From IMG/VR virus record IMGVR_UViG_3300020445_000001: 64,000 nucleotides of DNA, one strand, 5' to 3'. Made by a program: the position numbers and the translations under genes. Shown here piece by piece: positions 1 through 7,543 of the stretch. The stretch is from an uncultured virus (IMG/VR IMGVR_UViG_3300020445_000001) (taxonomy: Duplodnaviria > Heunggongvirae > Uroviricota > Caudoviricetes). The notes under the pieces were generated by a model. The model was not told where the DNA came from and did no database searches. It worked only from the letters and a program-made list of their open reading frames with translations. The stretch's first letter is position 1, and each line of letters begins with the position of its first letter.

Positions 1-38
1 CTATATTTTCTATCTCAGTAATATCCATATTGTCCTCT

Positions 39-212
39 CTAAAATGGTAGTTTATATTCTTTTTCAGTAATAGACACGATTTCATCTTCGCCTGTATACT
101 CAAAAATCTTGTTATTATTCTTTACATACACCTTGTATTCTTCTGGTGTGAACTTTCTACTTGCATAGTGGGGATAACCCAAATTTTTCCAAACTCTTCT
201 AGTTTTTGACAT
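39..212 (-). CDS. small early hypothetical protein (57 aa, MSKTRRVWKNLG...)
   Basis: Hand-translated ORF below the track cutoff; overlaps the stop of 199..423 in an early-gene run. Confidence 0.6.
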   Translation of the reverse strand: MSKTRRVWKNLGYPHYASRKFTPEEYKVYVKNNNKIFEYTGEDEIVSITEKEYKLPF

Positions 213-423
213 ATTCACCTTCCTTGTTAACAGTATAACCCTCTACATCTGGATTACTTAAATTATCTAAAACATTTTCCCAAGTTGTTTCTGGGTCAAT
301 GTCATACTTCCTACAAATAACTGCAAATTCTCCATAGTAATTTCCCTCTGGATATTGACCAGCTAAACTTGCTTGTTCATTTAGAACTAAATCTAACATT
401 TTTAGTTTGTCTTTTTTGTTCAT
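199..423 (-). CDS. early hypothetical protein
   Basis: ORF directly downstream of the early promoter at 431-482, with a purine-rich RBS. Confidence 0.75.
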   Translation of the reverse strand: MNKKDKLKMLDLVLNEQASLAGQYPEGNYYGEFAVICRKYDIDPETTWENVLDNLSNPDVEGYTVNKEGEYVKN

Positions 424-430
424 TATTACC

Positions 431-482
431 TTTCTTTCTTGATTATATTACTATTGTACTATGTTTTGAGAACAATGTCAAG
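431..482 (-). promoter_or_regulatory. early sigma70-type promoter, repeat copy 1
   Basis: TTGACA (481-476), 17 nt spacer, TACAAT (458-453), then conserved ATAATCAAGAAAGAAAG leader; five near-identical copies in the window. Confidence 0.9.
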
Positions 483-488
483 GCCTTT

Positions 489-740
489 TTAACAACCTTT
501 GGTACAAATATTATCAAAATCTTTCTTTTCCTCAAATTCTCTAATAAATGCCTCTAAATCACACTCTGAAAAATCTACGAAATCTTTCTTACTGTGCTTA
601 GGATATAATGGTTCAAAATAAGTAGGGCCACCCATACCGTCATTCCATATAGAACCCTCTTTGGTTTTTGCCTCATAACCTAACCAACCTCTACTTGTTT
701 CCCACATTCTTAAATGTTTTACTTTTAAATTTTTTATCAT
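489..740 (-). CDS. early hypothetical protein
   Basis: ORF with GAGG RBS in a tightly packed early cluster. Confidence 0.7.
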   Translation of the reverse strand: MIKNLKVKHLRMWETSRGWLGYEAKTKEGSIWNDGMGGPTYFEPLYPKHSKKDFVDFSECDLEAFIREFEEKKDFDNICTKGC

Positions 741-751
741 ATTATCCTCTC

Positions 752-1168
752 TTATAGTTGATGAAAATGTTCTTCGTCAATATCTCCAACAAGTTTGTTG
801 AAACCACCAATAACATTACCAGAATAATCAGGCAACCATTGATTTGCAAAAGTCTGTAAATCTTGAACTTCATAGAACAACTTGTCTTTGACTTTCTCAT
901 CAGTTTTGAAGTTTCCGTCTTTTAACTTATCCTTAACTACACCTTTAACAGTTTGTATAACTTCAATGTAATCAATCAAAGCGTCTTCTAACTCATTAAG
1001 ACCCTCATACATTTGAGTAACTCCGTCAAAGTTTTGTTCTAAATCACTATACTTAATATAGTTGCCGTTCTTGTCAACATTTTGTTTGTTGAACTTATCA
1101 AATGCTCTCTCAATCAATTTATCTTTATCAACTGATTTGGCTCTCTCTAAACTTACATAATTTTTCAT
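752..1168 (-). CDS. early hypothetical protein
   Basis: 138 aa ORF directly after early promoter copy 2. Confidence 0.75.
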   Translation of the reverse strand: MKNYVSLERAKSVDKDKLIERAFDKFNKQNVDKNGNYIKYSDLEQNFDGVTQMYEGLNELEDALIDYIEVIQTVKGVVKDKLKDGNFKTDEKVKDKLFYEVQDLQTFANQWLPDYSGNVIGGFNKLVGDIDEEHFHQL

Positions 1169-1179
1169 ATTTTTTTCTC

Positions 1180-1231
1180 TTTCTTTCTTGATTATATTAC
1201 TATTGTACTATGTTCTGACAACAATGTCAAG
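1180..1231 (-). promoter_or_regulatory. early sigma70-type promoter, repeat copy 2
   Basis: TTGACA (1230-1225), 17 nt, TACAAT (1207-1202), same leader. Confidence 0.9.
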
Positions 1232-1243
1232 TCTTTTTTTAAA

Positions 1244-1519
1244 TTATTTTGCTAATTTTCTTACTAAATCGTTCATTGTATAAGTTCCAGGCGATTCAGC
1301 TGTAACTAAATCTGCAAGTTGTAAGAACTCACTTAATGGCATACACTCTAATTCAAAATAACTAACATTTTCTTGTAGTTTTCTACTTGGTGTATAATCA
1401 CCACTCTTTATCCAATCATTACCCATTAGTAATTCTTGTACATTATTCTTAGCATATTTCTCAATCTTTTTTCTGTGTTCTATTCTTTCCATTTGTGTCA
1501 TTTTATAATTTTCTTTCAT
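1244..1519 (-). CDS. early hypothetical protein (probable start MKENYK at 1519; may start at 1603)
   Basis: AAGGAG RBS precedes the ATG at 1519; the track's longer start overlaps the upstream gene. Confidence 0.6.
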   Translation of the reverse strand: MKENYKMTQMERIEHRKKIEKYAKNNVQELLMGNDWIKSGDYTPSRKLQENVSYFELECMPLSEFLQLADLVTAESPGTYTMNDLVRKLAK

Positions 1520-1604
1520 AATATATTTTCTCCTTAAAGATTTGTATTCATTATTATTAGTAAAGTTGTCAATTAAATCAATTTGTTTTTCCAACATACT
1601 CATC

Positions 1605-1901
1605 TTATGACCCCTCATAAGAGATAGTAGTACCATTGTAATAAACCTTCATTACATTGTCAGAAGTGTCTACATCACCTCTACCGTCAGCTTCACACTC
1701 TACAATGTAGTAATAACCTTTTGAACAACCCTCTATACTACTATGTGCATTATTTACAGTATCAGTATAAAATGTATCCGTATTATACTTAACATCTTCT
1801 GATTGGTCATCAAATTTAGGACTTTGCTCATCATACCACCAATTACCACAAGGTGTCATTGTTTGACTTTTGTCATTTAAAACTTTAAAACATTTTTCCA
1901 T
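1605..1901 (-). CDS. early hypothetical protein (start MEKCFK)
   Basis: The track start at 1946 lies inside the promoter; ATG at 1901 follows the leader and RBS. Confidence 0.7.
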   Translation of the reverse strand: MEKCFKVLNDKSQTMTPCGNWWYDEQSPKFDDQSEDVKYNTDTFYTDTVNNAHSSIEGCSKGYYYIVECEADGRGDVDTSDNVMKVYYNGTTISYEGS

Positions 1902-1914
1902 AATTATTATTGCC

Positions 1915-1966
1915 TTTCTTTCTTGATTATGTCTTGATCTTAACATTGTTTTGATAACAAGTCAAG
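1915..1966 (-). promoter_or_regulatory. early sigma70-type promoter, repeat copy 3
   Basis: TTGACT (1965-1960), 17 nt, TAAGAT (1942-1937), same leader. Confidence 0.85.
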
Positions 1967-2018
1967 GCAATTTTTAAATTATATTAAATTATTTTTGGAT
2001 TGTTGTAGAACTACAACA

Positions 2019-2162
2019 CTATCTGGATTTGTTGTGTAAATCAAAAAGGGCTTTAACCTTTTCTTCTAATACTTGAATTCTCATATACATTTGCGATAAC
2101 ACTACAACTAATGTAATGAAACCTATAAACATTGGCCATAATGAATTGATTATCTCTAACAT
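2019..2162 (-). CDS. small membrane protein (47 aa, MLEIINSLWPMFIGFITLVVVLSQ...)
   Basis: Hand-translated; AGGAG RBS; N-terminal TM helix followed by a short coiled coil; late-like ATAAATA box upstream. Confidence 0.75.
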   Translation of the reverse strand: MLEIINSLWPMFIGFITLVVVLSQMYMRIQVLEEKVKALFDLHNKSR

Positions 2163-2225
2163 TTCTCTCTCCTATTAATATTTATTCAGAGTCAGAAAAA
2201 TGACGGTCATCTTTATTTGACAGAC

Positions 2226-2348
2226 TTACTTGTCAGAAATCTTACGGTAACCCCAACGGTTTTCAGATTTATCCCACAGACCCTTCATTTGTCTAGGAAT
2301 ACTGACTAGAAAGCTATTAAATTTTATTATGTTCTTTGTAATTTGCAT
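2226..2348 (-). CDS. small basic peptide (40 aa, MQITKNIIKFNSFLVSIPRQ...)
   Basis: Hand-translated; strong AAGGAG RBS. Confidence 0.65.
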   Translation of the reverse strand: MQITKNIIKFNSFLVSIPRQMKGLWDKSENRWGYRKISDK

Positions 2349-2496
2349 AATATTCTCCTTTTGCTATTAATTTGAACATTACGCCCTTTTAACTGATGGA
2401 CTATCAGCCACTTTTGAACCATATGGATGGTACTACTATTTATGTGTTAATCTCTCCACATAAGAGTTATAATGAGGCATACGAAAAGTAAAGAAA

Positions 2497-2706
2497 TTAA
2501 TCCCATTGTATATCAAACAATGTGTGCCTTAATTCTTTAATTCTCTTTTCATATGCCTCTTCCGTTTTAAACCATTCTAATATTTGTCCACTACCGAATT
2601 TCGGTATCTGAATTTCCACAAACCAAGTATTCACATCTTGGTCATATCCGTGAAAAATGTCAAACGATTCTATGGGTTTTTGACCCTTTAACCTCTGTCT
2701 TGGCAT
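2497..2706 (-). CDS. hypothetical protein
   Basis: ORF in operon context. Confidence 0.6.
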   Translation of the reverse strand: MPRQRLKGQKPIESFDIFHGYDQDVNTWFVEIQIPKFGSGQILEWFKTEEAYEKRIKELRHTLFDIQWD

Positions 2707-2828
2707 TTTTCACATCTACAATACTTACAAACTTCTATTTCATTTCCACTTCTGTCTATGTCACTTACATATCGTGTTCCACAATGAGAATCGTGTCCAC
2801 AATTTGAACAGAATGAACTAGCTATCAT
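2688..2828 (-). CDS. small Cys/His-rich metal-binding protein (46 aa)
   Basis: CxxCGHxxHC...CxxCxCxxC; ATG at 2828 overlaps the end of iscU. Confidence 0.65.
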   Translation of the reverse strand: MIASSFCSNCGHDSHCGTRYVSDIDRSGNEIEVCKYCRCEKCQDRG

Positions 2829-3210
2829 CACAACTGCACTTTCTTTTATAATCAGAGATCGCAGACTTGACAGCATCTTCAGCAAGAACTGAACAATGTA
2901 TCTTAACTGGGGGAAGTGCAAGTTCGGTTGCAATCTCGGTGTTTTTAATTGATTGTGCATCGTCAATGTGAGCTCCTTTCAGCCACTCAGTAACTAGCGA
3001 ACTACTGGCTATTGCAGAACCACATCCAAATGTTTTAAATTTTGCGTCTGTTATTTTACCTTTGTCATTAACTTCTATCTGAAGTTTCATAACATCACCA
3101 CACGCCGGCGCTCCTACTAAACCAGTACCTACATTTTTCTTATCTTTATCTAATGAACCAACATTTCTTGGGTTCTCATAATGGTCTAATAATTGTTTAC
3201 TGTACGCCAT
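2818..3210 (-). CDS. iscU: Fe-S cluster scaffold protein IscU
   Basis: DHYENPRNVG, GAPACGDVMKLQI, FKTFGCGSAIASSS, LPPVKIHCS motifs. Confidence 0.97.
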   Translation of the reverse strand: MAYSKQLLDHYENPRNVGSLDKDKKNVGTGLVGAPACGDVMKLQIEVNDKGKITDAKFKTFGCGSAIASSSLVTEWLKGAHIDDAQSIKNTEIATELALPPVKIHCSVLAEDAVKSAISDYKRKCSCDDS

Positions 3211-3243
3211 TTAAAACTCCTACAATAGTTATTGCATATATAT

Positions 3244-3552
3244 TTATGGTTTTCTCTTCTCTGTAATACTATTTTGACAAGGATAACCTATGCTTGTTGT
3301 AACAACAACGGTTTCTTTATCACTACATTGATAAAAACATTTTCTTTCTTCATCTTTTCTACTTCTATCTATTTCTTCATCATATATTCTACAGAATACA
3401 GAATACTCTTGTCGTTCACCATAAGTTCTTGCATTTTTCCTTTGATATGTTTTGCCTTTACCAAATGTTAAATCTGGAAAGGAAATCATTATTACATACC
3501 AAATTAATGAGGCAATAATAATTCTAGACACTAAAGGATTCTCCACAACCAC
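3244..3552 (-). CDS. hypothetical membrane/secreted Cys-containing protein
   Basis: N-terminal hydrophobic segment and 4 Cys; lies between iscA and iscU. Confidence 0.6.
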   Translation of the reverse strand: MVVENPLVSRIIIASLIWYVIMISFPDLTFGKGKTYQRKNARTYGERQEYSVFCRIYDEEIDRSRKDEERKCFYQCSDKETVVVTTSIGYPCQNSITEKRKP

Positions 3553-3850
3553 AACTTGACTTTGTGAGTGGATTATTTATTTTTAGGAAACTACCCATTA
3601 TCTCTTGTACATAATCTATTTCAGCACCCATTATATACATCTCTGCAACTTTATCTACTGCAAGTGATACTTCGTCTTTTATGTGAAATATGGTATGACC
3701 TCTATCAGGCTCATCTATATAATCCCACTTGTAACTGAAACCAGCACAACCACCACCACTTACACCAAAAGAAACAAACTTCTTGTCGTTCTTTTTTGCA
3801 ATGTCGTACAAATATTTTTTTGCGTTTTCTGTTATAGTAATCATAAACAA
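3524..3850 (-). CDS. iscA: A-type Fe-S carrier (IscA/HesB family)
   Basis: GGGCAGFSY and SCGCGESF motifs. Confidence 0.95.
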   Translation of the reverse strand: MFMITITENAKKYLYDIAKKNDKKFVSFGVSGGGCAGFSYKWDYIDEPDRGHTIFHIKDEVSLAVDKVAEMYIMGAEIDYVQEIMGSFLKINNPLTKSSCGCGESFSV

Positions 3851-3860
3851 TCCTTAAATA

Positions 3861-3868
3861 TATTTATA
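3861..3868 (-). promoter_or_regulatory. T4-type late promoter TATAAATA
   Basis: Exact consensus just upstream of iscA. Confidence 0.75.
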
Positions 3869-3870
3869 AT

Positions 3871-4752
3871 CTACTCATAATATTCCATTGTCACACCATT
3901 CTTTGTTTTGGTAATTTTTCGTGCAGTACCATCACCGATTGGTTCTTCTTTGACAAGTATCTTATTCTTTCTTTGTTTTCGCAACAACTTATCTTTAATT
4001 CTTTTTCTTTTATTTAAAACATCTCTAATCGTTATGTTTGCAGCCACAACTAAAAGAACTGCAAGTGGGTCAAATACAAATACTAAAATTAATATAACCC
4101 ATCTTACTGCATTTTCTAAAAATGTAAGTGCATTATCACCATATAATAATGCAGAGATATATTTTAGTGGGCCGACCTCAACCTCAAAGTTCTTAATCTC
4201 TAGTTCATACTCTGACTTCTCATCTAAATATACATCTATTTTTTCTTGTGATTTATTAACCATATTGGTTAGTTTTGTTCGTTCTTCTTCTTGACTTTCT
4301 CTTCTATCTAAACCTTTTGATACTGCACCTAATTCTACATATCTCTCTAGTGCCTTGTCTAGGTTTTCTAATTGTCTTTCTGCTCTGTCTATTGTCTTTT
4401 GTTCTGATGTAATTCTACTGTTTACTCTGTCAAGTTTTATTGACACTTGAGATGTATTTGTACCAGCGTCAATATGTGACTTAGATAGATAACCGAATAT
4501 ACCCATAGAAGTAATAAACATTAATATTACTACTGCACTTGTCAGATAATATTTTAGAACTTTGGGAACAGTTTTCCAGTTTTGATACAACCAAGATGCA
4601 GTAACAAGTTTACCTATCTCTAGAACAATTCCCATTACTGCAATAGAAAATGCAGCCGCAGAGAATATCGCCATTAAACCAACGATACTATAATAGGCTG
4701 CAACTGCACTAATACATAGTGCAACAGCTAATGTTACTAATCCAAAGAACAT
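3871..4752 (-). CDS. membrane protein with central coiled coil
   Basis: Three N-terminal TM helices, a coiled coil and a C-terminal TM ending in FDPLA. Confidence 0.8.
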   Translation of the reverse strand: MFFGLVTLAVALCISAVAAYYSIVGLMAIFSAAAFSIAVMGIVLEIGKLVTASWLYQNWKTVPKVLKYYLTSAVVILMFITSMGIFGYLSKSHIDAGTNTSQVSIKLDRVNSRITSEQKTIDRAERQLENLDKALERYVELGAVSKGLDRRESQEEERTKLTNMVNKSQEKIDVYLDEKSEYELEIKNFEVEVGPLKYISALLYGDNALTFLENAVRWVILILVFVFDPLAVLLVVAANITIRDVLNKRKRIKDKLLRKQRKNKILVKEEPIGDGTARKITKTKNGVTMEYYE

Positions 4753-4934
4753 AATTTCTGATATTTCTCTGTTACAAGCAATTTAGTTTTTAACCAAAAC
4801 TCTTTCATATCTAAGTCTTGGCAATCTTCTAATGCAGTATCGCAATTATTGATTAGTCTTTGATATCTAATCTTTATCTTTTCTATGTGGGTCATTTTCG
4901 CAAACTTGTTTAAAAAATATGTACTTTTCGCCAA
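4737..4934 (-). CDS. hypothetical protein (start may be MTHIEK)
   Basis: ORF in a packed operon. Confidence 0.55.
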   Translation of the reverse strand: MAKSTYFLNKFAKMTHIEKIKIRYQRLINNCDTALEDCQDLDMKEFWLKTKLLVTEKYQKLCSLD

Positions 4935-5118
4935 CTGGTGGGTTAAAAGGTATAGACTTTGCAGTAGGGTCTAGGGATTGTTTTCCCACAAATTCCCAGC
5001 TGCAGGGGCCATACAGTTCTTCCATTTTCTTTTTATGTGCAAAAAATTCTGCTTCATCATAAACAAATAATGAAGAGAAGATTGAGAAAACTATACTTAT
5101 TGCTGAAATTATTTCCAT
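4867..5118 (-). CDS. hypothetical protein with N-terminal TM/signal
   Basis: AGGA RBS and hydrophobic N-terminus. Confidence 0.65.
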   Translation of the reverse strand: MEIISAISIVFSIFSSLFVYDEAEFFAHKKKMEELYGPCSWEFVGKQSLDPTAKSIPFNPPVGEKYIFFKQVCENDPHRKDKD

Positions 5119-5119
5119 T

Positions 5120-5287
5120 TTAATATCCTAATATATTGTTATTTTTAAGAGGCTTACCCTCTCTGTAGTCGTTCTTTAAATAATGAACTAACTGTTCCAA
5201 AACATATTGCTCAGCACTAGTTCCATTTTCTAAAGTGTCTTCGTGGATTTCTTCTATCCAACCCAACAAATGTTTATATGTTATCAT
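5120..5287 (-). CDS. small hypothetical protein (55 aa, MITYKHLLGWIEE...)
   Basis: Hand-translated; ATGA overlap with the upstream gene; fills the gap. Confidence 0.65.
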   Translation of the reverse strand: MITYKHLLGWIEEIHEDTLENGTSAEQYVLEQLVHYLKNDYREGKPLKNNNILGY

Positions 5288-5565
5288 ATATTCGCACCAC
5301 CTTTCTTTATTAATATATCTTGTAAAGTTTTTTCGTCCATTCTATAATCATATTCATATTTATAAGTATCATCTTCAATAGACGGTGTACACTCAAAGAA
5401 CAAATCAATGGTATTACCAAAAAGGTTGATTGCAACATCATCTTGTTTTTCCAACTCAGCACGACAATCAACTTCACTCATTTGTTTTCGTTCTACTTGT
5501 ATCTCTTGGTGTTCACCATTAGGAAAATTAAATAGAATAGTTATTAATAATGTAAATTCTTTCAT
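5284..5565 (-). CDS. hypothetical protein
   Basis: ORF in operon. Confidence 0.65.
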   Translation of the reverse strand: MKEFTLLITILFNFPNGEHQEIQVERKQMSEVDCRAELEKQDDVAINLFGNTIDLFFECTPSIEDDTYKYEYDYRMDEKTLQDILIKKGGANI

Positions 5566-5577
5566 ATCACTATTTTA

Positions 5578-6093
5578 TCAGACTTGTCTTGACTTGTCAA
5601 CCCCCATAAAGTGTAAATATGTACTCATTATAAACTTAGGTTCTTTCTTAGGCATTTCACCTTCGTGTGGGTACATCCACATTGGTGGAAATACAACTAC
5701 ACTACCTTTTTCTGCTGGTACATATGTCTTTTCAAATTTAGTACCAGCCTCACTTGTATTTAAATAAAATAGTAGTGCAAGAAACCTTGTGCAATTTTGT
5801 ATATTACCAGCGTCAGTATGCCAAGGGAAACTGCCCTTATTTGGTTCATACCTTTTAACTCTAAAACCTTCTAATGCAAATGGTTCTGGGTGTTGATTTG
5901 TTTTGTCGTGCAACTCAAAATAATGGTCTGTAACTTTATAAACTATATCTTTCATATAGTTTGAAAGTTTATGTTGAGTATCTATTTCAACTTGTGTGAA
6001 ATTACCATAATCAATAGGCTCATTTGAATCATAATAATCCAACAAGTCTTTTACCAAATCATCTGGTAAAATGTTCTTGTATAGTTGTATCAT
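5578..6093 (-). CDS. 2OG-Fe(II) oxygenase (prolyl-hydroxylase-like)
   Basis: WHTD...FYLN...FP...YPHEG...K: HxD...H facial triad. Confidence 0.9.
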   Translation of the reverse strand: MIQLYKNILPDDLVKDLLDYYDSNEPIDYGNFTQVEIDTQHKLSNYMKDIVYKVTDHYFELHDKTNQHPEPFALEGFRVKRYEPNKGSFPWHTDAGNIQNCTRFLALLFYLNTSEAGTKFEKTYVPAEKGSVVVFPPMWMYPHEGEMPKKEPKFIMSTYLHFMGVDKSRQV

Positions 6094-6218
6094 TTATTTT
6101 TTCTTATCTTCCTACCTCTAATATAAACTATTAAGTTTATTGAAGTGTTAACAGTTACTGCAACAAGTATCCACCATTGCCACCAACTAATACCTATACA
6201 CTTCATAAACTCGTCCAT
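6090..6218 (-). CDS. small membrane protein (42 aa, MDEFMKCIGISWWQWWIL...)
   Basis: Hand-translated; TAATG and ATGA overlaps with both neighbours; single TM and basic tail. Confidence 0.7.
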   Translation of the reverse strand: MDEFMKCIGISWWQWWILVAVTVNTSINLIVYIRGRKIRKNK

Positions 6219-6646
6219 TAGTCTATAACCTTTCCACCTTTAATTCTACAACCCTCTCTAGGGCCTGCAATTATTCTTCTGGTCAATGGTATCTCTTCAT
6301 ATTCACCAATAAAATCACCAGCAAACTCACCACTTTCTAGATAGTTATTCAACCACCTAATATATCCTCGTGCATTAAGTCCTTTTGCTCTTTCTTGATT
6401 CTTGATTTTAGTATCAACACCGTGTCTTCTTGACGCCTTTTCAGAAGTTGATGCGATATCTTTTTGTGTCTTAATCCATTGTCTAACTTTTTTCATAGAC
6501 ATAAAGCCATCATCTGGTATTGCAAGTACCTTCGGTGAAATGTTTTTATATTGTGGTGGATTTTCTTTTAGTCGTTTTTCTCTTGCAAGTGCAAGTCTTT
6601 CAATCGCAGCCTGTCGTTGTTCTTCAGACATCTTTCGTTTAGCCAT
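6218..6646 (-). CDS. basic hypothetical protein
   Basis: GAGG RBS; follows the promoter at 6679-6710. Confidence 0.8.
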   Translation of the reverse strand: MAKRKMSEEQRQAAIERLALAREKRLKENPPQYKNISPKVLAIPDDGFMSMKKVRQWIKTQKDIASTSEKASRRHGVDTKIKNQERAKGLNARGYIRWLNNYLESGEFAGDFIGEYEEIPLTRRIIAGPREGCRIKGGKVID

Positions 6647-6678
6647 TATACCTCACTAATTAAATTATTATTGTCTAC

Positions 6679-6710
6679 ATACTAACATAGAAAATTATGT
6701 TTGTCAACCC
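6679..6710 (-). promoter_or_regulatory. sigma70-type promoter, GGGTTGACA class with extended -10
   Basis: GGGTTGACA, 17 nt, TG-n-TAGTAT. Confidence 0.7.
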
Positions 6711-7387
6711 TTTGCCAATTTTTTTAATCTTAACTGATTATCAATCCATTGTTTTGCAATGTAATTATTGACCTTTTTAGTTGCAAGTTTTCTAATTGAT
6801 TTAAATACTTTATTAAATACATTTTCGCCTGCATTATTATTGTCAACAACAACAAAGTTTTTAGTACCAAATAAATTTTGAAATTTACCAATGTTTGATT
6901 GTACATTGTTCCAATATGTTTTTACAATATCTGATGGTAGTTTTCTATCTCTTTTGTTATTTCTTTCTATTGCAGTATCTAATGAAGTATTAACAAAAAT
7001 CATATAAGTGTCATAACCCATATCTTGTAACAATCTTTTTTGTAAATTTATTTTACCATATTCTGCACCAGTACCATCTATAATCATACCAAGTCTACCA
7101 GCAACAAAATTCTTTTGCATTTTAGATGTAACTTCTTTTGCTCTTTTTCTTATTTTATCTCTTTCAAGAGTTTTTTCTGGACTCATATCTCTAAAATCCA
7201 AATCAAAGTCTGCATCTTTGAGTAATTTTTCAAATGCATTATCAGAGTTTACAATTTTCAGACCGAGCCCACCAGTGGTTTTTCTTGCTACAAAGGATTT
7301 ACCACTACCAGGCCCGCCTGCTAGAAAAAATGCTTTAAATATATTAGGGTCGTATACACCCTCTTGTAATTGGTCAAATGTCTTCAC
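6704..7387 (-). CDS. P-loop kinase (AAA_33 / zeta-toxin / PNK-like)
   Basis: GGPGSGKS Walker A, IIDGT and ERNxxRxR lid. Confidence 0.85.
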   Translation of the reverse strand: MKTFDQLQEGVYDPNIFKAFFLAGGPGSGKSFVARKTTGGLGLKIVNSDNAFEKLLKDADFDLDFRDMSPEKTLERDKIRKRAKEVTSKMQKNFVAGRLGMIIDGTGAEYGKINLQKRLLQDMGYDTYMIFVNTSLDTAIERNNKRDRKLPSDIVKTYWNNVQSNIGKFQNLFGTKNFVVVDNNNAGENVFNKVFKSIRKLATKKVNNYIAKQWIDNQLRLKKLAKG

Positions 7388-7533
7388 GCTGTTCTTCTTC
7401 CTAAAAACTTTCTCGTTCTTGCGAGGTAGAGTTTACTCACCTCCGTTGTTAAGTCATTTACATCATTATTTAGGTATCGTTCTTGTTTTTGAAAATTTAA
7501 TGTTCTTAACTTACGAGTTTGTTTATTAGTCAT
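7384..7533 (-). CDS. small hypothetical protein (49 aa, MTNKQTRKLRTLNF...)
   Basis: Hand-translated; AAGGAAG RBS; GTGA overlap with the next gene. Confidence 0.6.
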   Translation of the reverse strand: MTNKQTRKLRTLNFQKQERYLNNDVNDLTTEVSKLYLARTRKFLGRRTA

Positions 7534-7543
7534 TTTACTTCCT

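Noticed and set aside
431..1966. Regularly recurring repeats of about 50 bp as a CRISPR array
   Set aside because: Spacing is about 740 bp, the intervals hold genes, and the repeats are promoters
2365..2392. ATTTGAAC...TACGCC resemblance to a SAM-V riboswitch
   Set aside because: It is on the non-coding strand and lacks the 5' GGCG pairing partner
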